A stretch of DNA of 64,000 bases. Origin: Gemmatimonadota bacterium. GTDB lineage: Bacteria > Gemmatimonadota > Gemmatimonadetes > Palauibacterales > Palauibacteraceae. The position numbers were made by a program, and so were the translations under genes. Positions 7,834-15,731 of the stretch are shown piece by piece. The stretch lies in the NCBI GenBank assembly GCA_039587755.1, contig JBDHBD010000009.1:62-64061 (forward strand). The letters are read 5' to 3'. Every line of letters starts with the position of its first letter. The first letter of the stretch is position 1. The notes under the pieces were generated by a model. The model had not been told where the DNA came from and did no database searches. It was given only the letters and a program-made list of their open reading frames with translations.

Positions 7834-7835
7834 AA

Positions 7836-7877
7836 GCCAAACCGCACGTCACGTCGTGGAATCAACTCCTGTTGAGC
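7836..7877 (-). repeat. possible family 1 element (copy C, weak, 42 nt)
   Basis: Gene sense: GCTCAAC-AGG-AGTTGATTC-CACG-ACGTGA-CGTG-CG-GTTTGGC. It shares the YYAAC-AGG 5' box and a GTTTGnC 3' box only. Confidence 0.3.
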
Positions 7878-7936
7878 TCTTGTAGGGCCGACAGGTACTC
7901 CGAAACCCTGTGCCAGCCGACCCATGCTACGGCAGC

Positions 7937-8296
7937 TCACCGCGGCATCGAGGGGCCCTGGGCAACCTGGAAGCTCGCCAGTAGCCCTGCACCACCAAGG
8001 AATCCCAAGACGAGCACGAACTCAGCGACGCTCGCCCCCGTGACGATCCCTGTCATTAATGCGAACATGAGCATGACGACATTCACACCGATACAGGTGC
8101 GCCTCAGCCCAGCAGCAACCCGACCGTAGCTCGAATTCAGCAGATTGAGCACTCCCGTCAGCCCGATCGCGAGACCGCCGCTGAAGAACCAGAGCGCTCC
8201 AGGGGAGACCGCCTCGAAAATGCGAAGCGTTGAGAACATGTGCACGACACCAAGCAGCAAAAGGCCCGCTCCGAGGATTTGGTACAAGCGTCTCAT
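7937..8296 (-). CDS. integral membrane protein (4 TM)
   Basis: 119 aa ORF. ATG start. Preceded by repeat module 8326-8374. Confidence 0.6.
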   Translation of the reverse strand: MRRLYQILGAGLLLLGVVHMFSTLRIFEAVSPGALWFFSGGLAIGLTGVLNLLNSSYGRVAAGLRRTCIGVNVVMLMFALMTGIVTGASVAEFVLVLGFLGGAGLLASFQVAQGPSMPR

Positions 8297-8325
8297 CGTC
8301 GCTCTCTACTGCTGGCGTCGGCTTT

Positions 8326-8374
8326 CACATAACTCGTCGGTTCGGGACGCACTTCGCGAATATAGTGTGTGTCC
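8326..8374 (-). repeat. promoter/leader-like module, family 2 (copy b)
   Basis: Gene sense: GGACACACACTATATTCGCGAAGTGCGTCCCGAACCGACGAGTTATGTG. It ends 29 nt before the ATG of 7937-8296. Confidence 0.55.
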
Positions 8375-8382
8375 CCTGGCGG

Positions 8383-9672
8383 TCACGCGCCGGCCGAGAC
8401 AGTCGCTCCGATCTCGATCTCCAATCGCTCCTGCGCCTCGTGCAGCGCCCCGACCACGTCGCCCGGCGACTCCCCACGCGCGAACACGAAGCCCAGATAC
8501 CGGTGACCTTCGGGCAGCGGGACGACCTCACCGCCCGGGTGAATCGAGATGACCACGTCCTCGATCTCCGTCACGGCGCGCGCCGCCTCCTGGCCCACGA
8601 CTCGGCGCAGCACTCCGGCCCGGGGAATCGGTAGCATCAGCACACCGGCCGCCGCTGCCCCCGGCTCAGCCTCGGGAAGCTCGAGATCCAGCGCGTGCCG
8701 CAGCACGACCTCTTCGAGTGAGTAGCGAGAGCGGTAGCGGAACAGGCGCGCGCACAGGCCACCGATCGTGCGCGGGGCCACCTCCAGCGGCCACACGCCG
8801 TCGCCGTTGATTCGCAGCTCCGCGTGCACCGGGCCCTCGCGCAGGCCGAGCGCTTCGACCGTCCGTTCCACGGCCGCAACGATTGCACTCTGCACCTCCG
8901 GTGCGTGCCGCGACGGCGTGACGAAGGCCGTCTCCTCGAAAAACGGCCCCTCCAGCGGGTCGGGTTTATCGAGTAGCGCGAGCGGCTCGAGCATCCCGTC
9001 GCGCAGGATGCCCTCCAGCGCAACTTCCTCGCCGGGTATGTACTCCTCGGCCAGCACGCCGGGCGGCGTCGCACCGGGATTCTCCTCGTTGGCTGCCTCG
9101 ACGATCCCTACCACCCGGCGGTACACGTCCGCCGCCTCGTCTCGACGGTCGGTGCGGATCACTCCCCGGCTGGCCGACAGCGCAATCGGTTTCAGCACGC
9201 ACGGGAGGCCGGGCGAGTCCGACAGGGCCGCGGCGACCTCTATGGGATCCGCGTCGAGCGGAAAGACGCGAAACTCGGGGCAGGGAACCCCCGCTTCCCG
9301 CAGGCACTCCCGAAAGAGATCCTTGCGGCGTGCCCGAGCGGCCGCCTCGGGCCGGTTCTGCCTGAGGCCCAGCGCCTCGCCCACGGCGGCCGCGAGCTGG
9401 ACACCCTCGTCCTCGGCCGCCACCACCCCGTCGAACGGAAATTCGGCGTGCAGCTCGACGACGCGAGCGACCGAGCGGTCGAGCTGCTGGAAGTCGATCC
9501 GCAGGCTGGAACCGGGGGCGAGTTCGGCCAGGGTCTGCTCCTGGTCGGAGCCGACCGTGACGGCGACCCCCAGTGTCGAGGCGGCGTCGAGGAAGTCCTC
9601 GGCCTTGTAGCTGGAGGAGGCGATGAGGAGGAGGACGCGGCGCTGGGGCGCGCGCCGATCGCCTCCGGTCAC
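8383..9672 (-). CDS. ATP-grasp domain protein (amino-acid/carboxylate ligase-like)
   Basis: 429 aa ORF. PCVLKPIALSASRGVIR (Lys-containing B-loop region), EEYIPGEEVALEG, GPVHAELRINGDGVWPLEVAPR. GTG start overlaps the TGA of the upstream Nfu gene (GTGA). Confidence 0.85.
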   Translation of the reverse strand: MTGGDRRAPQRRVLLLIASSSYKAEDFLDAASTLGVAVTVGSDQEQTLAELAPGSSLRIDFQQLDRSVARVVELHAEFPFDGVVAAEDEGVQLAAAVGEALGLRQNRPEAAARARRKDLFRECLREAGVPCPEFRVFPLDADPIEVAAALSDSPGLPCVLKPIALSASRGVIRTDRRDEAADVYRRVVGIVEAANEENPGATPPGVLAEEYIPGEEVALEGILRDGMLEPLALLDKPDPLEGPFFEETAFVTPSRHAPEVQSAIVAAVERTVEALGLREGPVHAELRINGDGVWPLEVAPRTIGGLCARLFRYRSRYSLEEVVLRHALDLELPEAEPGAAAAGVLMLPIPRAGVLRRVVGQEAARAVTEIEDVVISIHPGGEVVPLPEGHRYLGFVFARGESPGDVVGALHEAQERLEIEIGATVSAGA

Positions 9673-10259
9673 TTCGCGGGCGAGAAGTACGGGTCGGTGC
9701 CCGAAGCGTGGTCCGTAACGTCCTGCACGTCGACGATCTCCGGCACCATGTCGTGCAGCACCTGCTTGACCCCCTGGGTCAGCGTGACGGAGGCCATCCC
9801 GCAGCCCTGACAGCCACCCGACATTTGCAGGTACACGATGTTGTCGCGAATGTCGACCAGGCTCACCGCGCCCCCGTGCATCGCCACGCTGGGATTGATC
9901 CGCTCGGTGAGCACGCGCTGGACGCGCTCGGCGAGCGGTCCGGTCAGGGGCTCCGAGCCGAGCGGCTGGATGTTCGGGTTGTGAAACTTGAAGCCGCTCT
10001 CCTGCAGCGTGTCGACCCAGTCGACGCGGGTGCCCTCCAGGATGCGGGCGCTCTCCGGATCGACCACCACAGGGATCCCGTCGGTATCGGAGGTTTGATC
10101 CTCCGGTCCACGCTCGCCCAGCTCTATGAGCGTCATCTCGTATTGCGGCTGCACGGGGCTCGGGCTGGCGACGCGCACCCGCACCGCGAGACCGGGCACG
10201 CCATCCTGCTCCATGAAAGCCAGAATCTGGCGTTTCGCCGCTTCGGTGAACTCGATCAT
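9669..10259 (-). CDS. nfuA: Fe-S cluster carrier, NfuA-like (IscA/HesB-like N-domain + NifU C-domain)
   Basis: Start taken at MIEFTEAAKRQI (ATG 10259). The upstream part of the 258 aa ORF is Arg/Gly-rich filler running almost to the stop of proline dehydrogenase (10364). C-terminal NifU motif: MHGGAVSLVDI..VYLQMSGGCQGCGMASVTL. Confidence 0.85.
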   Translation of the reverse strand: MIEFTEAAKRQILAFMEQDGVPGLAVRVRVASPSPVQPQYEMTLIELGERGPEDQTSDTDGIPVVVDPESARILEGTRVDWVDTLQESGFKFHNPNIQPLGSEPLTGPLAERVQRVLTERINPSVAMHGGAVSLVDIRDNIVYLQMSGGCQGCGMASVTLTQGVKQVLHDMVPEIVDVQDVTDHASGTDPYFSPAK

Positions 10260-10363
10260 ACCCAACGGTACTCCCTGCACGAGATCGCGATCCGTCCCGG
10301 CGACCTCACGCCTTTGGTGCGACCGTCCTGCCGGCCGGCCGACTCCCGCCTCCTTACTCGGGC

Positions 10364-11275
10364 CTAGTCGCCCAGCGCAGCCCGGACGACGAAGAACAAG
10401 TTTGCCGGCCGCTCCGCCATGCGTCGCATGAAGTACGGGTACCACTGCTCGCCGTACGGAACGTAGATCCGCATGCCGTATCCGTCGGCCACCAGACTCG
10501 CTTGATAGTCGCGCCGCACTCCGTACAACATCTGGAACTCGAAGTCGTCGATGCTGATCCCGTTCTCGGCCACATGCTTACGCGTGGCCTCGATCATACG
10601 GTCGTCGTGGGTGGCGATCGCCGTGGGTGTGCCGCCGCCCAGCAGCAACTTCATCAGTCGAACGAAGTTCTCGTCGATGTCCTGCTTGTTCTGAAAGGCG
10701 ACTTCGGGTCCTTCGTCGTACGCGCCCTTACACAGTCTCACGGGCGCCCCTATCTCGACGAGCTGCTTCACGTCGTCTTCCGAGCGGTGGAGGTAGGACT
10801 GGATCACGCACCCCACGTTTCGGTGCTCGGCGAACACCCGGCGGAAGACCTGGAGCGTGGACTCGGTATGATCGGAGTCCTCCATGTCGATCCGAACGAA
10901 GCTTCCCAGCTCGCCAGCACGGCGTACCACCCGAGCCACGTTCTCGGCACAGAAGCTCTCGTCGATGTCCAGGCCGAGCTGGGTGGGCTTGAGCGAGATC
11001 GTCGTCTCCGCGTCGCTCTCTTCGATGATGTCGAGGCTCTCCACGTAGATGGCCGTCGCCCGCTCGGCTTCGGCCCGATCGCTCACGCTCTCGCCCAGAT
11101 AGTCGAGCGTGACCCCGAAGCCCGCTTCGTTCAGCTGCTTCACCGCGGGCAGCGCTTCGTGCAGGGTGTTGCCGGCCACGAACCGGCTGGACAACCGGTT
11201 GGCGAAGGGCAGCTTGAGCAGAAAGTGCCGCAGATCCTCGCGCTCGCTCAGGAACAGGAGAGGCTTACGGAGCAT
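10364..11275 (-). CDS. proline dehydrogenase (monofunctional PutA-type)
   Basis: 303 aa ORF. SRFVAGNTLHEALPAVKQLNEAGFGVTLDYLGE.., CVIQSYLHRSEDD, RLCKGAY, MLYGVRRD. Classic proline dehydrogenase pattern. Confidence 0.85.
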   Translation of the reverse strand: MLRKPLLFLSEREDLRHFLLKLPFANRLSSRFVAGNTLHEALPAVKQLNEAGFGVTLDYLGESVSDRAEAERATAIYVESLDIIEESDAETTISLKPTQLGLDIDESFCAENVARVVRRAGELGSFVRIDMEDSDHTESTLQVFRRVFAEHRNVGCVIQSYLHRSEDDVKQLVEIGAPVRLCKGAYDEGPEVAFQNKQDIDENFVRLMKLLLGGGTPTAIATHDDRMIEATRKHVAENGISIDDFEFQMLYGVRRDYQASLVADGYGMRIYVPYGEQWYPYFMRRMAERPANLFFVVRAALGD

Positions 11276-11801
11276 CGCCCGCGGCAGTCTCGCTCATTCG
11301 GTCCAGACAGTCGCGCAGGTCCTGCGCCGTGACAAGAACGATGGTCTTGAGGCCGGCTCGCTCGATCGCCGCGCGACCGCCCTCCTGGCGATCCACGAGC
11401 GCGAGCACCGCCAGCACGTCGCCCTGCTCGGCTCGCACTGTCTCGCAAGCCTGCAACGCCGAGCCGCCGGTCGTGATCACGTCCTCGACGATCACGACAC
11501 GCGCCCCCGGCTCGAAGCAGCCCTCGATCCGTCTGCCCTTTCCATGGCGCTTGGCTCGCTTCCGCACGGAGAAGGCGTGGATCGGCTCGCCCTGCCTCCA
11601 GCTCTCGGCGGCGATCGCGTACGCGAGAGGGTCCGCCCCCATCGTGAGACCGCCGATCGCGTCCGGCCGAATGCCCTCGCGGTGCAGGGCCTCGAACCCG
11701 GCTTTGCCGAGCACGACCTGGCCCTCGGCGTGCATGGTGGTGGCCCGGCAGTCGATGTAGAAGTCGCTGCGAGCGCCTGAGGCGAGCTCGAAATCGCCCA
11801 C
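11265..11801 (-). CDS. pyrE: orotate phosphoribosyltransferase
   Basis: 178 aa ORF from GTG 11801. GDFELASGARSDFYIDCR, PRPP loop VVIVEDVITTGGS. The frame stays open upstream to 11872 (PDKRILSNEQSRLCQLLTERSFQ) with no ATG/GTG/TTG, so the true start is probably a non-canonical codon near 11855. Confidence 0.9.
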   Translation of the reverse strand: MGDFELASGARSDFYIDCRATTMHAEGQVVLGKAGFEALHREGIRPDAIGGLTMGADPLAYAIAAESWRQGEPIHAFSVRKRAKRHGKGRRIEGCFEPGARVVIVEDVITTGGSALQACETVRAEQGDVLAVLALVDRQEGGRAAIERAGLKTIVLVTAQDLRDCLDRMSETAAGDAP

Positions 11802-11899
11802 CTGAAACGATCGCTCGGTCAGCAGCTGGCAGAGACGGCTTTGCTCGTTAGACAGGATTCTCTTATCCGGTCACGGGTTGCTTCAGAGCCATCGCCGAA

Positions 11900-12397
11900 T
11901 CAGCCGGGGAGCGCGAATTCAACGACGGCCTCGTCATCGCACTGGGCGCATAGTCCGTACAGCTTGAGCTGGCGCGTGAGCACGTGAAAACCCTCCGCCC
12001 GGGCGACGTCGGTCTGCAGGGCGTCCAGGTCTTCGCGGTGAAACTCGATCACCTTCCCGCACGACGTACAGATCAGGTGGTCGTGGTGCGCCGGCCCGGC
12101 CCTGGTCTCATACCTCTTGAAGCCCTCGTCGAAATCGTGCTCGGTCGCCAAACCGACTTCCACGAGCAGGTTCAGGGTCCGGTAGATCGTCGCCTTGCCG
12201 ATGTGCTCCCCGCGTGCTAGTAGCTGCGCGGAAACGTCGTCGGCGCAGAGGTGGCGTGCCGACTCGAACAACACGCGGGCGATCGCCTCGCGCTGGTGGG
12301 TCACGGGCAGCCGATGCTCCTGAAGTGCTGCCCGAAAGAGGCCCATCATGACAGCCGCGCAGCCGAGTGGCGGACGGGTCGTAACGACCTGCGTCAT
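11900..12397 (-). CDS. fur: Fur-family metalloregulator
   Basis: 165 aa ORF. RVLFESARHLCADDV.., ATIYRTLNLLVEVGL (wHTH), HHDHLICTSCGKVIEF..C.QC metal sites. The start may be the internal MMGLF (12349). Confidence 0.85.
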   Translation of the reverse strand: MTQVVTTRPPLGCAAVMMGLFRAALQEHRLPVTHQREAIARVLFESARHLCADDVSAQLLARGEHIGKATIYRTLNLLVEVGLATEHDFDEGFKRYETRAGPAHHDHLICTSCGKVIEFHREDLDALQTDVARAEGFHVLTRQLKLYGLCAQCDDEAVVEFALPG

Positions 12398-12421
12398 CTA
12401 CGTATGCTTAGGGGGTTTTGC

Positions 12422-12441
12422 GTTCTCAACCGGTTGAGAAC
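12422..12441. promoter_or_regulatory. perfect 20-bp palindrome GTTCTCAACCGGTTGAGAAC upstream of fur (candidate operator, or an attenuator hairpin)
   Basis: Read directly. It lies 25-44 nt upstream of the fur ATG at 12397 and 26 nt after the stop of gene 12467-13315. There is no U-tract on either strand. Confidence 0.45.
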
Positions 12442-12466
12442 AAGATATGGCCGGCCTGCGAGCCGA

Positions 12467-13315
12467 TCAATCGGCGTGATCCTGATAATCGCTCGCCGCC
12501 TGCCGCAGCACGCGGTCGACGGGTGAGGTCGCCTTGGGCAGAAGATAGCTGTCCGAGAACGCGTTCAGGGCCCTGCGGATCGGGCAAAACGCATCCGCGG
12601 CCAGGTCGTACAGCCCGTCCAGCGAGTGGCGCCGTGCGTACGGGTCACCGGCGGCCAGACGATATCCCGTCTGACCGAGCGTTTCGTAGTAGCCGAGCCC
12701 GGGGCCTCCCCTACGGTGCACCCGCGCCACGATGTAATCTGGGAACAGGCCCGACAGCCACAGTGCGTAGTTTCCCAGGTGCGCGCGCAGCAGGAACGCT
12801 CGGGTGCCGGTGGCCTCATCCAGCTCGGCCACGATGTCGATTAGATAGCGGTACTCCTTGTCGTCGTACTCTCTGATCCGGAGTGCCCGACGTCCTTCGC
12901 CGAAATGAAGGACCAACGCCGTGATATAATCGCACAGCGCCCGGCTCTCGATGCCTCGCTCCAGCATCGTCTGCCGGAGAATGATGTAGACGATGAGCAG
13001 CGGCGGAATCGGCGCCAGCGTGGGCTGCCGAAGGATCGCGTCGAGCGTACGGGGGTCGTCCAGGAGCGGGTCTATGCCGCGCTCGGCAAGCACCCCCTCC
13101 CAATGCCGCTGACGACGCTCATCTCCCCCGCTGAGGAGTCGAACGAGCCACTGGGCCTCTGTCCGTCCGAACGAAGCACGTGCGTTCGGCAGGATCATAG
13201 GACCCTCCTTCCGCAACCACCGAGTCGATACGCCTGCTTCATCGAGCATGACGACATCTATCGGAACTCCGTCACCCGAAGGAGCAGGAAACGAGCCCGG
13301 CTCCTGTACCAGCAC
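12467..13315 (-). CDS. conserved-looking hypothetical protein
   Basis: 282 aa ORF with coding-like composition. No family recognised. Start uncertain (internal MILPNARA possible). Confidence 0.6.
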   Translation of the reverse strand: MLVQEPGSFPAPSGDGVPIDVVMLDEAGVSTRWLRKEGPMILPNARASFGRTEAQWLVRLLSGGDERRQRHWEGVLAERGIDPLLDDPRTLDAILRQPTLAPIPPLLIVYIILRQTMLERGIESRALCDYITALVLHFGEGRRALRIREYDDKEYRYLIDIVAELDEATGTRAFLLRAHLGNYALWLSGLFPDYIVARVHRRGGPGLGYYETLGQTGYRLAAGDPYARRHSLDGLYDLAADAFCPIRRALNAFSDSYLLPKATSPVDRVLRQAASDYQDHAD

Positions 13316-13559
13316 GATCGAGGCCGAATGGGACGGTCAGGGCCCGATCGAACCTTTCGGGTCGTTCACACGGCATTCCCCCACCCGAAACCCGGCTGTA
13401 AGCTATTGGTACACGAAGGAGAAACGCCGAACCGCACGTGTGCGTTTCAAAGGACCCGATCGCGTGGCAGCGACCGGCTTCGGGCCCACGGCGATGATTG
13501 CGGCGGAGTGCCTGGCGCAGCAAGACACCACTCGAGACCCGTGGCTGAGAAAATCCAAG

Positions 13560-14123
13560 ATGGCTGGCAAAATCCCCGAACTGAGCGATCCCACTGCACG
13601 CGGCCGATCGGCTGCCGTGCTACCCAGTCTGACTGTTGCCCTGGTCGCGGGTATGTTTGGCGGCGTTGGCTGCCAACCCGGGAGCGGCGATGGCGCGGAA
13701 CGGAGCGCACCCCCCGCCCGAATTGTGACGGCGGACCAGGAGTCCGGTGGGGCCCCGCAGGAGGACGCTCGCTCGGGGAAGGTCACGATACGGGTGGCGG
13801 GAATCGACGTACTGGTAGAGGTGGCCGACGAGCCGGTCGAGCGGGAGCGGGGGCTCATGTTCCGCGATTCGATTCCGGAGAACGAAGGCATGCTCTTCGT
13901 CTATCCTCAGGAACAGACGCTTTCGTTCTGGATGAAGAACACGCCGCTGCCCCTCGACATCGCGTTCGTGGACGCCGGCGGCAGGATCGTGGACATCCAG
14001 CAGATGGAACCGCTCACCGAACAAACGTACCTGTCACGGCGACCCGCCATGTACGCCCTCGAGATGCGACTGGGGTGGTTCGGCGACAACGAGGTGGACG
14101 TGGGGGCCCGGGTGGAGTTCTGA
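13560..14123 (+). CDS. DUF192 domain lipoprotein
   Basis: In-frame ATG 13560 of the 291 aa ORF (MAGKIPE..). Lipobox LVAGMFGGVGC. DUF192 core RERGLMFR..GMLFVY..SFWMKNTPLPLDIAFVD..IVDI. Confidence 0.75.
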   Translation: MAGKIPELSDPTARGRSAAVLPSLTVALVAGMFGGVGCQPGSGDGAERSAPPARIVTADQESGGAPQEDARSGKVTIRVAGIDVLVEVADEPVERERGLMFRDSIPENEGMLFVYPQEQTLSFWMKNTPLPLDIAFVDAGGRIVDIQQMEPLTEQTYLSRRPAMYALEMRLGWFGDNEVDVGARVEF

Positions 14124-14226
14124 ACGGACGGTCCAAGGCTTGGACCGATTTGGTTGACCGATTCCGGGGCGCTCCAGCCTGCCCGTGGCACCCCCTGATG
14201 GGACATAAACGACGAGAGATAGAACG

Positions 14227-15642
14227 ATGAGTGCGACAGCGACCACCGAACACCGCATCGAGCGTGACTCTATGGGTGAGATGCACATTCCGGCGCACGT
14301 GCTGTACGGCGCGCAGACGGAGCGAGCCAGACAGAACTTCCCGATCAGCAAGCTGCGGTTCGACCGGCGCTTCATCCGGGCGCTGGGCGCCATCAAGCTG
14401 GTCGCGGCCGAGGTGAATCGAGAGCTCGAGCTGCTCGATGCCGAGCGCGCGGGCGCGATCACACGGGCGGCCCGTGAGGTGATGGAGGGCGAGCTCGACG
14501 AGCACTTCGTACTGGACATCTTCCAGACCGGCTCGGGCACCTCCACGAACATGAACGCGAACGAGGTGATCGCGAACCGGGCGATCCAGCTGATGGGTGG
14601 GGAAGTGGGCTCGAGGGATCCCGTGCACCCGAACGACCACGTGAACATCGGCCAGTCCAGCAACGACGCCATCCCGACGGCCGTGCACGTCTCCGCACTG
14701 GTGGCGATCGAGCAGGAGCTCGTTCCAGCTCTCCAACACCTGCAGGCGGCCCTCGAGGCAAAGGCGGACGAGTTCGACGACGTCATGAAGGCGGGCAGAA
14801 CGCACTTGCAGGACGCCACGCCCGTGCGGCTCGGACAGGAGTTCGGGGGCTACGCGAGCCAGGTCGAGCACGGGATCGAGAGGCTTCGCAAGCTGCGGGG
14901 CTCGCTGGGCGAGCTGGCGATCGGGGGCACCGCGGTCGGAACGGGCATCAACACGCACCCCGAGTTCGCCCAGCGGATGGCGACCGGACTGTCCGAGCTG
15001 TTCGATCTACCGTTCCTTGAGGCCGAAAATCACTTCGAGGCGCAGGGGGGTCGCGATGCCGTGGTCGAGGCAAGCGGCATGCTGAAAACGATCGCCTGTA
15101 GCCTGATGAAGATTGCCAACGACATCCGCTGGCTCGGCTCGGGTCCACGCACGGGGCTCGGCGAAATCAATCTGCCGGCGGTTCAGCCGGGCTCGTCGAT
15201 CATGCCCGGGAAGGTGAATCCGGTGATGGCGGAGTCGGTGCGGCAGGTGGCCGCGCAGGTGATCGGCAACGACGCGGCGATCACGATCGGAGGACAGGGC
15301 GGCGACTTCGAGCTCAACGTGATGATCCCCGTCATGATCCACAATCTGCTCGAGAGCGTCGGCATTCTGTCTAACGTGAGCCGCGAGTTCGCCGACCGCT
15401 GTGTCAGTGGGATCACCGCAAATCGCGAACGCTGCCGGAGAAACGCCGAGTCGACAACCGCCCTGGCCACGGCCCTCGCGCCCGCGATCGGGTACGACAA
15501 GGCCGCCGAGGTGGCGAAACGATCCCTCGCCGACGAGATGACCCTGCGCGAGGTGGTGCTCGACGAAGGTCTTCTTACCGAGGAGGAGCTGGATCGGATC
15601 GTCGACTTCGAGGCTATGACGAAGCCGGGGATCGCGACCTGA
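14227..15642 (+). CDS. class II fumarase/aspartase superfamily lyase. The SS-loop favours aspartate ammonia-lyase, but fumarate hydratase is not excluded.
   Basis: 471 aa ORF. GSSIMPGKVNPVMAE (aspartases have NPV, fumarases NPTQ), but TGRTHLQDATP is more FumC-like. N-terminal RIERDSMGEMHIPAHVLYGAQTERA. Confidence 0.9.
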   Translation: MSATATTEHRIERDSMGEMHIPAHVLYGAQTERARQNFPISKLRFDRRFIRALGAIKLVAAEVNRELELLDAERAGAITRAAREVMEGELDEHFVLDIFQTGSGTSTNMNANEVIANRAIQLMGGEVGSRDPVHPNDHVNIGQSSNDAIPTAVHVSALVAIEQELVPALQHLQAALEAKADEFDDVMKAGRTHLQDATPVRLGQEFGGYASQVEHGIERLRKLRGSLGELAIGGTAVGTGINTHPEFAQRMATGLSELFDLPFLEAENHFEAQGGRDAVVEASGMLKTIACSLMKIANDIRWLGSGPRTGLGEINLPAVQPGSSIMPGKVNPVMAESVRQVAAQVIGNDAAITIGGQGGDFELNVMIPVMIHNLLESVGILSNVSREFADRCVSGITANRERCRRNAESTTALATALAPAIGYDKAAEVAKRSLADEMTLREVVLDEGLLTEEELDRIVDFEAMTKPGIAT

Positions 15643-15731
15643 TACGAGCGCCCGTGACGGGATCGCGACACGAAGCGTCCTCTTGATCGGCTCGTCGAAG
15701 TGAACACACGACGCGAAAACGAGATAACGAC

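Noticed and set aside
14227-15642. Assigning the gene symbol fumC or aspA
   Set aside because: The motifs conflict: NPVMAE in the SS loop is aspartase-like, whereas THLQDATP is fumarase-like. I made only a family-level call.
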